DNA of 38,198 bases from Dimargaris cristalligena. Its lineage: Eukaryota. This document shows, in pieces, positions 11,078 through 20,710 of this stretch. A program made the translations under genes and the position numbers. The first letter of the stretch is position 1. Each line of letters begins with the position of its first letter. The stretch is taken from positions 1-38,198 of the forward strand of contig ML002362.1 in NCBI GenBank assembly GCA_003614675.1, written 5' to 3'. The notes under the pieces were generated by a model. It was not told the origin of the DNA. It worked only from the letters and a program-made list of their open reading frames with translations, and did no database searches.

Positions 11078-11404
11078 TTAATCGGCCTTGATGATATCGG
11101 AGTCACCGGGGTTGGTAATGGACAGACAGCCGACACGGAAGTATTTACCGCAAGCGGTACCCAAATCGGTGTTGTTACCGTTGTAGTGGTGGACGTTAGT
11201 CTTGGACAACATGGCGTAGTACTCGAGCTCGGACTTGCGCAGAGGGGGGCAGTTACCGGAGATGAGGATCAGCTTGGCCTTGCCGGAACGCACGGACTTG
11301 AGGGTGCTCTTGTAGCCCAGCACGTATTTACCGCTCTTGGTGACCAGGGCCAGGCGGGAGTTGATGGTGTCCATCGACTTCTTGGACTTCTTGACGGGAG
11401 CCAT
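11078..11404 (-). CDS. RPL30: 60S ribosomal protein eL30 (L30)
   Basis: 108 aa with [44 protein letters not shown] and PGDSDII. Strongly biased codon usage. Confidence 0.99.
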   Translation of the reverse strand: MAPVKKSKKSMDTINSRLALVTKSGKYVLGYKSTLKSVRSGKAKLILISGNCPPLRKSELEYYAMLSKTNVHHYNGNNTDLGTACGKYFRVGCLSITNPGDSDIIKAD

Positions 11405-11440
11405 TGTAAGTTATGATGTGTGTTTTCGCTTTCGGTTAAC

Positions 11441-11971
11441 CTGGAGAACGGTGAGAATAGGAGGGAAGGAAACCATGCAGGGGGTATGAGATTAGCGGGA
11501 CGTGGGACAGTGAGGGGAGGGGGAGGTGAATGTTTGGGACAATTGAATCCTAGTAGAAATGGAATGCATTTTGCCATTGAATGCACATGAATCTCGCCGC
11601 ACACGCGCCCGTTGAATGTTGAGTTTTGGATAAACGCGAAACGGCCTGGCTACCGTCGACCCAGTGGATGGATGGATATATAGATATCGAAGCGTGCATC
11701 GTCGATTACAAGCACTATCAAATCCGTTGAGACATCAACCGGGTGCACCGTAACCCATGACTATCGCGCATCATCGATACCGGTGAGCAAGACGGATGGT
11801 GTAAGAGGCCGATGGATGGATGGATAGTCGTCCGGGTGGTCGATGGCCCGCCATATCCACCGATACCGATGACGAAGGGCGAGCGAGTGTGTTTGTGGTT
11901 CGGGTGGGCGGACGAGTGGGCTTTGGGGCAGGAAAAAACTATACGAGACGATCTATTCCACTCGGACGTAC
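11441..11971 (-). other. Predicted 531-nt 5'UTR intron of RPL30
   Basis: CAG|GTACGT donor at 11971, GCTAAT branch-like site at about 11491-11496, pyrimidine tract and CTCCAG| acceptor at 11441, 36 nt before the ATG. Confidence 0.7.
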
Positions 11972-12998
11972 CTGGGCTAGACCAGCGTAAATTGATTCCG
12001 AATAGTAATCGAAAGTGAAGAAGAGGAAGCTAATGGAGGTTCCGGTAGTCAAAGTATTTTGTAGGCTTAGAGATTCGCGCCATCCAATCCTACACCTGTA
12101 CCTATACAATTATTAGTAGAGGTGATTTTATTATAGGCAGGCTAACCGTACTCACGCTATCGCATACAAACCGCACACACACATACATCTCCACACACCA
12201 GCTTAACTTCATGCTTGCCTTAGGCTCGCTATAGACCCCCGGATGGGATATAATATATGGCTGGTTCCACATATTATGTCCCATGGGGGTGGCTGTTGTC
12301 ACAAACTTCTTTCATTTGATACTCTTGGTCGCAGCCAATTTAAGAGGGGATATAGTGGTATGGTGGTAGTGTTTATTATGCATTCGACAGTATTGTTATA
12401 TTCGAACCCCAGCCGAATAAAAACCTTCAGCCAGAAAACGGACTCAGCGCCGACCTGGGGTGGGGCACTATTAAAGTATATATATGCGCGAAGTCGTATA
12501 TATCTAGGGGAATGGGGTCAGCTGAGAGGGGGTTTAGCAAGAAACGCACAATACCTTCCCTCCTCTAATTACTGCTACTTTGACTATTGCCAGAGGTGGC
12601 TTACATTCGGTCTATTGGGTTTTCGCCACTAAACTAACCTACACAGCAGCTAGACCAGCAAGCCGTAGGAGTAGCGTGAATTTTGGCCACAAGGAAAGAC
12701 TGAGTAAAAAAGAGACGTATACAATTCCTTGTTTACAAAAGCTATCTTATGTTTGATTACTTGACCTTTCGCGTTTGTATGCGCTGACCACCTTTTTATA
12801 TATTCCTGAACTTCGCGGCATAGCATTCCTCCCCAACCTCTTTTTATTACTTACCCTCTTCGGCCATAGTTCTATTTCGTCATCTTTTCACCCAAAATCC
12901 GGGACATTCCCTTATCGCGTGTTCCCCCCCCCCCTCTCAATTATTGTCGCGGCTGTTGTATATCCCTCCCCCTAACCCCCGACACCTCCTAAGCTCGA

Positions 12999-14924
12999 AT
13001 GGGCTACAATCCCAGCCCCCGACAATCCACGACGTCTGGTGCTCCCGGCAAACTCTTAAACGAACCCACGACGGTCCCCCGCGGGCCCGTGGCGGCCACG
13101 GCTATCATGTCCCCACACCAAGCCCCCGCCGCTGCCTACCCTCCGCATGTACCGTATTATTACCACCCAACCACCAGGACCAAGGAGACTACCCATGCCC
13201 TACCACCTCCACCACCCGCTCCACCGGCCTACGTATCACCCCCATCCCCACAACCACAACACATGCCACAACCTCCTCCTTCGCATTGGCCCCCGACCCA
13301 GCCCACCGGTTCGCCCGGTCAGGTCGCTCGTCGAACCCATTGGACTCCCGCTTACCATAGTCCCATTCGTCTATCACCCATGGGCGCTCAGCCGACCCCA
13401 CTGCAGCAGCAGCACCACCAACAGCCACCACCACCACCGCTTCCTTCACGGCAACTGTACACATTCCGACCACCCATGGTCTCTCCCGTGGTACCTGCCA
13501 AACGACGACCGGCCGAATCGCCCCCCACACCGCACCACCACCACCAACCCACCCCCGAACCAGTCTACCGCCGGGCGGCCTTGAATCTACCTGACCCCGT
13601 GTCCATGCCCATGCCTGTCCCTACCGGTGGGAAAGGGTTAGGTTCTAAAAGGCCATTGCAACTGGCGCCAGCCCAGACTGCGAACCAGGGAGGAATTCAC
13701 GCACCCTATAGGTCCGTGCGGCCTAAACCGCGTCCGTCCCCGCCCGTCGCTTCGCCAACCGTCACCACTATTACCACTACTACTGCCCCTACCGCGATCG
13801 CTAGGTCGGGTAGTTCCATACCACCCCGGACTATTGCGGCCCGACCATTGAAACCGGTCCCAGCAACCCGAACGGCGCCTGCCCATACCCCCAACCCCCC
13901 TCCCTCCACCGCACCTTGGCCTGCCGCCGTTTCGTCGCTGAAAACAACAGCCACTACTACTACAACCGCCCCCGTCGGGTCCGCCACCAGCAGCGCCCGA
14001 CCCCGATCCAATAAATTCTCAATTGATTTTTTACTCCGTAAGGAAGTGGCGGTGCCCGCGGATTCGTTTCGGGCCCGGCCTCGACCACCGCCACCACCAC
14101 CAGCAGCAGCACCAATAATGTCATCCTTGTCTTCCACGGCGGTGGCCCCTGCGGTTCCAGCATCTTCCCGGACACAGCGATCGCCCCCTCCGCCATCCCC
14201 TACCTCTTCCTCTTTCCCCCAACGCCCACCCAGCCTACTTCCGGTGGCTGTGTCCGCAACATTGCAGAAAGTGGACCCATTGATTCCTACTAAATTAGCT
14301 ACGGCCCAGGTTCCCCCACCGGCATCATCATCCGGAGTTCCTACACCAACACCACCTACCCCGCGCATCACCCTTCAGTTTGACTCGTCGACCGCGGTGC
14401 CGAACCCCGCCACCGCCCCAACCACGTCTTCATCAAATACCTTCAAATCATTCGCCGATATTTCATCATCTTCTAACGCTTCCTTTCACTTTAGTATCCA
14501 ATCCACTTTCAAAGTCCCTCCGCAACCCTCAGCCCTGCGGCCACCAACATTGGCATTGGAATCTACATCACCATCGACACCAACATTGGTATCAACTTAT
14601 ACACCCTCCATCCCTCAGACCCACGCCCAGTCACCCATTTCCAGGGGTGATCCAGTCGCCTCCCGTCTCATCGGATTAACGGGATCACGGTGGTCCAACC
14701 CCATGACTCCATCATCCCCAATCACAACATTTCAGCCGTCTTTTTCGTTGTCGGCATCGTCATCATCATCACTATCGGCAAAACGCGTCAAGCTGGATAT
14801 TACTAATTCAAGCCCGGAAACCGATCGGTTCGGTGATTTTAATATTGACCAACAGTTAGAAGATATTGCCGATTTCCTCGAAAAAGATGTCGATTTGTTA
14901 TCTTCGGTGCGAACTTCAAAGTGA
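12999..14924 (+). CDS. 641-aa Pro/Ser/Thr-rich disordered protein with short linear motifs, NLS-like KRVKL and an acidic amphipathic C-terminal helix
   Basis: Long uninterrupted ORF with no recognisable globular domain. C-terminus contains FNIDQQLEDIADFLEKDVDLL. Confidence 0.85.
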   Translation: MGYNPSPRQSTTSGAPGKLLNEPTTVPRGPVAATAIMSPHQAPAAAYPPHVPYYYHPTTRTKETTHALPPPPPAPPAYVSPPSPQPQHMPQPPPSHWPPTQPTGSPGQVARRTHWTPAYHSPIRLSPMGAQPTPLQQQHHQQPPPPPLPSRQLYTFRPPMVSPVVPAKRRPAESPPTPHHHHQPTPEPVYRRAALNLPDPVSMPMPVPTGGKGLGSKRPLQLAPAQTANQGGIHAPYRSVRPKPRPSPPVASPTVTTITTTTAPTAIARSGSSIPPRTIAARPLKPVPATRTAPAHTPNPPPSTAPWPAAVSSLKTTATTTTTAPVGSATSSARPRSNKFSIDFLLRKEVAVPADSFRARPRPPPPPPAAAPIMSSLSSTAVAPAVPASSRTQRSPPPPSPTSSSFPQRPPSLLPVAVSATLQKVDPLIPTKLATAQVPPPASSSGVPTPTPPTPRITLQFDSSTAVPNPATAPTTSSSNTFKSFADISSSSNASFHFSIQSTFKVPPQPSALRPPTLALESTSPSTPTLVSTYTPSIPQTHAQSPISRGDPVASRLIGLTGSRWSNPMTPSSPITTFQPSFSLSASSSSSLSAKRVKLDITNSSPETDRFGDFNIDQQLEDIADFLEKDVDLLSSVRTSK

Positions 14925-16444
14925 TTACTCCCACTCCTACCACCACCACTCGATGATATCATATACATATGGGTGAAATTCAGCTCGGTTGTATAAGGTT
15001 TTAACCGATATGTGTATGGGGAAATCGGTGGGATGTTTATTTTCAACCAATAGTATTTGCCTCATCAAATGGATTTTTTGTTATACAGCCTTGTTGAACT
15101 ACTCCCATATATATATTGCCCTAAAATGGCCCAAAAAAATACATGTGGTTTGACATCCGTTTATCATCTGCTGTTATTATTACCGCATTGTAACTTAGTA
15201 TTCACACATTGTTAGAGGAAATATTCATTCTCCCCCCCCTTCATAATGTATTTCACGGTAGTTCATTAGCGTACTCATAAGGAACTCACACATTTCCTAT
15301 GACTCCTCCTCCCCCTCCCTTTAATCTATTAGTTTGCGATTGATCCACCCCCTCCCAAGCACCCTGCGCACGGCCTTTCTGCCCGATGTTATTAACTACT
15401 ATTCGCCAGAGCCCACCCTCTTTATTGATTAGTATTATGGTGTTATGTTATGTAAAATCTGTACAGTAAATTATGAATAATGATGGTTCGAATCCAACCC
15501 ACTTGCTTCATCGGCTATATTGCAACCAATAGTCTATTCATCCTAACCACGACAAGAAAAAGGGGAGTATAAGCACATGTTGATACTATCGTGTGGCACA
15601 TAACCTTACAAGCAGGTCTTAACTAGATGGGCACTCTCGGTTTACGAAGTATAAGCTAAACATGGGTTATTTATAGTTCCATTGTGGAAAAATTGTAATT
15701 GGACTGTCCTAGAACCTATCGATGTGACGAAAAGGGTTCATATAGTGTAAAAAACTGATATCATGAAAATAAAGCAATCTATACAAGGATGGATAAATAA
15801 AAATGGAATGTAGTCGGGCATCAAGTAGAATATGGGAGATATAAGGTTCCGCAATCGTCAACTGGTGCATTCAAACCCCACCAATTCCCCTAATAATTAC
15901 TCTTTGACTGGCCGACCACATGCCATCCCCACAGACAAGGCGGGAAGGCTTGGAGTAGTGCGTAAGGGAGAGGGGGAAGGAATAGAGCAAAGGGTGCGAG
16001 GTGGATAAAATAAATAAGGATAGTAATATAAAAAAAACGGATGAGGTTGTATAAGTACAGTGGTAACAGCAAATTCAACCCGCACCAGAGCAGAATATAT
16101 AGGAAACCTGAAGCCCCATTCCAAAATGATAATCGCGATACAAATAAAACGAATAATAAGATAAATGTTAGTAAGCCAGCTGCAAAGGTGTAATTTTGGA
16201 GCCAGTTCGGTATTAAGGATAAAGAGAGTGGATTGGGGGGAATTAGATGGAAAGCGAAATAAGAGAACTATATGGCCATTAGGTATATAAAATGAGAGGT
16301 TACATAATCCGGCTAAACAGATCCACAAGGCCCATTGCCGAATTCCGGGAGGGGGCACTGACCTCTTTCCCCACCTCCGACCGGAATATATCAGACCTGT
16401 CTCAACGGCTCCAAGCATTGTTTTTGATTCAGATGGTCAGCCGA

Positions 16445-18964
16445 TTAGTTCGTTGAGTGATCATGATTGGGAGGTTTCCCACCCATCGGCAACATGGAGG
16501 TGGAAGTGGGAATACTAGGTCGATCACCAGATGAAACAACAGTTGGTGAAGCCGGGTGAGATTTCGCCCCTACTTCCGAAAACATCATATTGGAGGGGTG
16601 TGTGGACTTTCGAGACAATGGGGCATTGGGGTAAAAAGGTGGGCGGGATGTCGAATAATCAGGTCTGTGGTCGTACGGTCCCGGATGACCAGAGGCGTGG
16701 GGATGATTAATACCATCACCTCGTCCTGGTCCCGCGGGACCGGACGGGTATACGGGAAAAGGGGCGGTAGTGGGGTGAGGGGGTCGGTGTGAACGAGCTG
16801 CTGGGTCAGGATAGGATGGTATAGAGGCAAAACCCCCTGGTATGGACGTCGTGGTGGTGGGTGAGGTAAAACCCATGGGGCTCCATTGCGAGGGCCGCTC
16901 CGATGAATCCGGCAAGTATCGCGGAAGGGAAGAGTCAGAGGGACCTTCAAGAGTCGGCAGGGGTCCAAACCGATACATATGGGTACCGGATAAGCGGGGG
17001 GACTTCATGGCGTAACGATCTTTCTCTCCGCCAGCCGAGCGTGGGTCATCCCCCGTCTCACCCATCGCCGAGGGGTCGGTAGTGATGTCGGGCAGGGGCC
17101 GTTTTGGAGCGCTGCCCCTACGGGGTCGAGTGACATCCAGTTGTAATCGAAGATCAGCCACTTCTTTCTGGAGCGCTTCGTTTTTCCGTTCCAATTCCAG
17201 AATATAGGCTGCAGACCCGGGGGATCGGTTCGTTGCAGATGGCGCTGGGGCTGGGGCTTGATTAATACCGCCGCCACTACTGCCTTGGCGAGTGGGCTCG
17301 TATGTGCCATGCCAGCTCCGCGTGAAGGGGCCCTCGTTGGGACCCGCCGAATTTGGAGTGGAGGGTTCGCCCCCAAAGCTTCGACCGGGCGACATGGCCG
17401 GTCCCTTGCCTTTAGGGTCAGCTAGTGAGGAGTGGCCGTGAATGGGAGGGGGGCCCGCGTAGGACAGTCGTCGTTCGTGTGAAGGCCAATTCTCGCTCCC
17501 CGATGCCGGCAGGGGTGGGAAAGTAGTACTGATAGGTCGATTCCACGTGGCACTAAACCCCGGCGAGCGAATATTGGTTTGGGGTTCGGGAAGATGAAGC
17601 TCATTAATATGACTAGGGTCGCCGGGGTTTGGTCCAGCATGGGCCACTAGATTTTCGGTGACCATTGTGGGATAGGAAATTCGGCGTGGCAACGACGAGC
17701 TATAGCTGGTACCTGCTGAGTCGGGTGAAAAAGGCAGGGGCTGGGTGGGTGGAACCCGTGCCGACACGGGACGTTGATCTGGATAGGGAGGGTGGTCCTC
17801 AGCCGGTCGATAAACGGGGGCATCGGATGGTCTTCGATGGGGGGACGACAACAGTTCAGGCTCACGGCCGTACCGCATCCCACTGGTATAGGGCGGGGGT
17901 GCTCCTACCAACTTAGCCTCTAAATAGGGATCAGTAGGGTGCCGTTTCAAATTCTGCGGGGGAGACTGGGGCACAGGGGCGGACCAGTAGCCCTGATTAC
18001 CACCCGGTCGGGCCGGATGGCGGTGTTCACTCTCGGAACCGGGGTCTTTCGTAGTGATGGACAAAGGATGGGCTTTACCCAACGAGGATGATGAGCCTGG
18101 AGGTTGACCAGACGGGGGAGGGGCTTCTTTCATAATAGGTAGGGAGGTCATGATAGACCTCGGTGGTGACCGGGATTCCTCCATTAGGGGATGCGAGCTG
18201 GATGGGCTGGCAGTAGGTACATTGCCCTGGCGACTGACTTTTTGGTTCATGTTACAGGCGTGCCCATTCTCGGCCCGGAGATGGCGACTAAGCGCGTCCA
18301 TTCGAGCAAAGGGTCGCTGACATTTCGGGCAAATAAATGGTTTTTCCCCCGTGTGGCCCTTCATATGACGTTTAAGATCGTGTTGGCGCCGAAATTGGTG
18401 CGAGCAAGTGGTGCAAATAAAGGGTTTGTCATGACTATGGACCATGGCGTGGGACTTCAGATTATGTCGGCGGGGGAAGACGGATTGGCAATCGTCGCAC
18501 TGGAATTGGGGAGACTTATCAGATCCAGAAGTGGGTTGTTGGTCGCCCGTAGAGGTTTGCAGTCGGGTCGGGTGGGACACGCGACGGGGACTAGGGAAGT
18601 GGTCCTCGGCCCCTGCGATCCCAGCGCTGCTTGGGGGCGGCCAGCCGGAATACCCGTCAGAGTGGGGATCGTCTGAGTCGTGGGGAGCGCCTACAGGGGC
18701 GCTATGCGGGCCGGAATGGGGCAGATGGTAGATGGAGACTTGGGTATGCAGACGAGGGGCTGGGTGGTCCACAGTCGACCCAGGGGGGCTCGTGGGATAG
18801 CCCGAGGTGGGCGACCGGGCCTCTGAGTAAGAGACTCCGGCAGAGGTCTGCAGCGGGGGCAAATAGGTATTAGGAGTCGGTCCCGGGATAGAGGCGGGTT
18901 GTGAAGAGACCGACTTGGGCGGATCCCGGGAACGATCACTTTCCCTTTTATCGGTGGGGTTCAT
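16445..18964 (-). CDS. C2H2 zinc-finger transcription factor (3 fingers, Crz1-like recognition helices) with a C-terminal coiled coil, 839 aa
   Basis: Fingers FQCDDC..RRHNLKSH, FICTTC..RQHDLKRH and TGEKP-FICPKC..ARMDALSRH. Zipper-like segment YILELERKNEALQKEVADLRLQL. Confidence 0.93.
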   Translation of the reverse strand: MNPTDKRESDRSRDPPKSVSSQPASIPGPTPNTYLPPLQTSAGVSYSEARSPTSGYPTSPPGSTVDHPAPRLHTQVSIYHLPHSGPHSAPVGAPHDSDDPHSDGYSGWPPPSSAGIAGAEDHFPSPRRVSHPTRLQTSTGDQQPTSGSDKSPQFQCDDCQSVFPRRHNLKSHAMVHSHDKPFICTTCSHQFRRQHDLKRHMKGHTGEKPFICPKCQRPFARMDALSRHLRAENGHACNMNQKVSRQGNVPTASPSSSHPLMEESRSPPRSIMTSLPIMKEAPPPSGQPPGSSSSLGKAHPLSITTKDPGSESEHRHPARPGGNQGYWSAPVPQSPPQNLKRHPTDPYLEAKLVGAPPPYTSGMRYGREPELLSSPHRRPSDAPVYRPAEDHPPYPDQRPVSARVPPTQPLPFSPDSAGTSYSSSLPRRISYPTMVTENLVAHAGPNPGDPSHINELHLPEPQTNIRSPGFSATWNRPISTTFPPLPASGSENWPSHERRLSYAGPPPIHGHSSLADPKGKGPAMSPGRSFGGEPSTPNSAGPNEGPFTRSWHGTYEPTRQGSSGGGINQAPAPAPSATNRSPGSAAYILELERKNEALQKEVADLRLQLDVTRPRRGSAPKRPLPDITTDPSAMGETGDDPRSAGGEKDRYAMKSPRLSGTHMYRFGPLPTLEGPSDSSLPRYLPDSSERPSQWSPMGFTSPTTTTSIPGGFASIPSYPDPAARSHRPPHPTTAPFPVYPSGPAGPGRGDGINHPHASGHPGPYDHRPDYSTSRPPFYPNAPLSRKSTHPSNMMFSEVGAKSHPASPTVVSSGDRPSIPTSTSMLPMGGKPPNHDHSTN

Positions 18965-18970
18965 TCAATC

Positions 18971-19236
18971 CTGAAATGGCTAAGGGGTAATACGGTTAAT
19001 GCGGGGGTGAAGCGGCCTGGCGCGGGGAGGGCTTGAATTGTGCGACAGCTAGATGTACGAAGACACGGTGGTGGTGGTGAGGTGAATAGTGATCGGAGAC
19101 CATACAGTGGGTCACAGTATGCCAGTAGAGAATTATTAAATCTGTCCAGCGGTAGATATGTCCTCTTGGCACGGAGAGAAACACGATTGATAAGGATAGG
19201 GGGAATCATCTTGATTGAAAGATAAGTGCTACTTAC
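18971..19236 (-). other. Predicted 5'UTR intron of the C2H2 factor
   Basis: GG|GTAAGT donor at 19236, ATTAAC branch-like site, and TTTCAG| acceptor at 18971, 6 nt before the ATG. Confidence 0.7.
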
Positions 19237-20639
19237 CCGATAATAGGAGGGACTGATGGGCTACGGCAGGGACAAAAGGTGTCGGAGAAAAGGGATACCG
19301 CTGGAATCGCAATATCGATTGGAGTCTACTGGCGCGTAGTGGAACAGTCAATAAGGTAATCAATTAGTAATTGGAATGCTGGTCACTCTCTTCCTGAATG
19401 TACCGCACAGGTGTCCCTCTCATTGAAGTAATGGAATAGGATTATCCAATCGAAACACCAAACACGAAAACGGCCTGACACCACTAATTATTGGGGACTG
19501 AGGCGGCGGAAGAGGGTTAGTGTGGGTAGCTGGAGACGTTGGAAAAAAATCACCACCCTCGAGACATTAATGTAGGGGGAAGGGAGAGGGGGAAAACAAA
19601 GACGCCACACCCGAGGGGGTTCTGAATACAGAAGGGGGGAAAGGGCCAGTGTGATTTCCCGCGCGGAAGAAGAGGTGGTGGGGTGTGGCCACAACAATTA
19701 CCTTTACGGTGGCACGGCAAGCGGGAAAAGAGGGGGGACCGGAGGGAAAGCGGTGGAGAATAATAGAAGTGATAAAAATGACGACAATGAAGTAGAATAA
19801 GAAAGGTAGACATGGACAGGAACCGCATAGAACGGTGGAAAGGCGAAGGATATTCCGATTTAAGAAGAGCTTAGAAGGTACTTCTGACTCCACTGGTAGT
19901 AGGCGGCTGAAAGGTGAAGGGCCGGGGAAGAAAGGGACCACGACAACTGACGACGAGCAATAAGCTAGAACGCGATACGGCGGCCAGTGTTGCAGGACAG
20001 AGCTGAAGGGAATAGGGGCAGTAGTAGTACAAGAAGCAAGTTGGGGAATATCGAGCGGACTGGAAGATAAGAACCGGGGGCAACGTAGCCTAGACTCGGG
20101 TATGGGGGAATACGCCACTACAGTAGCACCCAACAAACACGCAAAATAAAGACAATAAGGTTAGCACCTGGAAGGTATTAGCAGCGAGGCCTACTGGGAC
20201 GGTGAAAAATGTCAAGCAGAATATGGCGGGACTACCCACCCCGGTCGGCGGAGCACCAAGGGGCGACAGGCGACTGGTTAAAGAGAGAAGTGGAGAAGAA
20301 ACGCACAGTAAAACAAAAGGAGCGAGGCGAAAGAATAGGCGCAGGGTTGACCGCGGACATGGTCAAGAGTGCAAGTAGAAAGAAGGTAGAGGCATTCCAC
20401 AATGTAGGGTGTACAAAAGTAAACCGACTGGGCAAAGAAGCTGGGAGGGAGTTGGCGGGAAGCGAGACAGATATACAACGGGAACGAGGAACGATAGCAA
20501 GGAATAGTCGAACCGAAAGGGAAAGTGAAGGCAACGAAAGCAGGTTCGTCAATACGAATAGGCACGCCAGGTAAAGAAGTTAAACAAGTAGGATATTGGA
20601 CCCGGTGAACAGACAAGGACAACAAAGATAGGCACACGC

Positions 20640-20710
20640 AACGCACACACATATACACGCACACGCACACACACACACACAAGCAAGAAGGAAGGAAGGA
20701 AGGACGGAAG
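20640..20710. repeat. Compound (CA)n / (GGAA)n microsatellite
   Basis: Read directly, imperfect. Confidence 0.85.

Noticed and set aside
11768-11800. Plus-strand ACCGGTGAGCAAGACGGATGGT resembling the yeast L30 K-turn model RNA, and a box C-like AUGAUG on the minus strand
   Set aside because: The first is on the non-transcribed strand of RPL30. The second has no matching CUGA box D.
15430-15510. tRNA gene around GGTTCGAATCC
   Set aside because: No acceptor, D or anticodon stems can be built; only the B-box is present.
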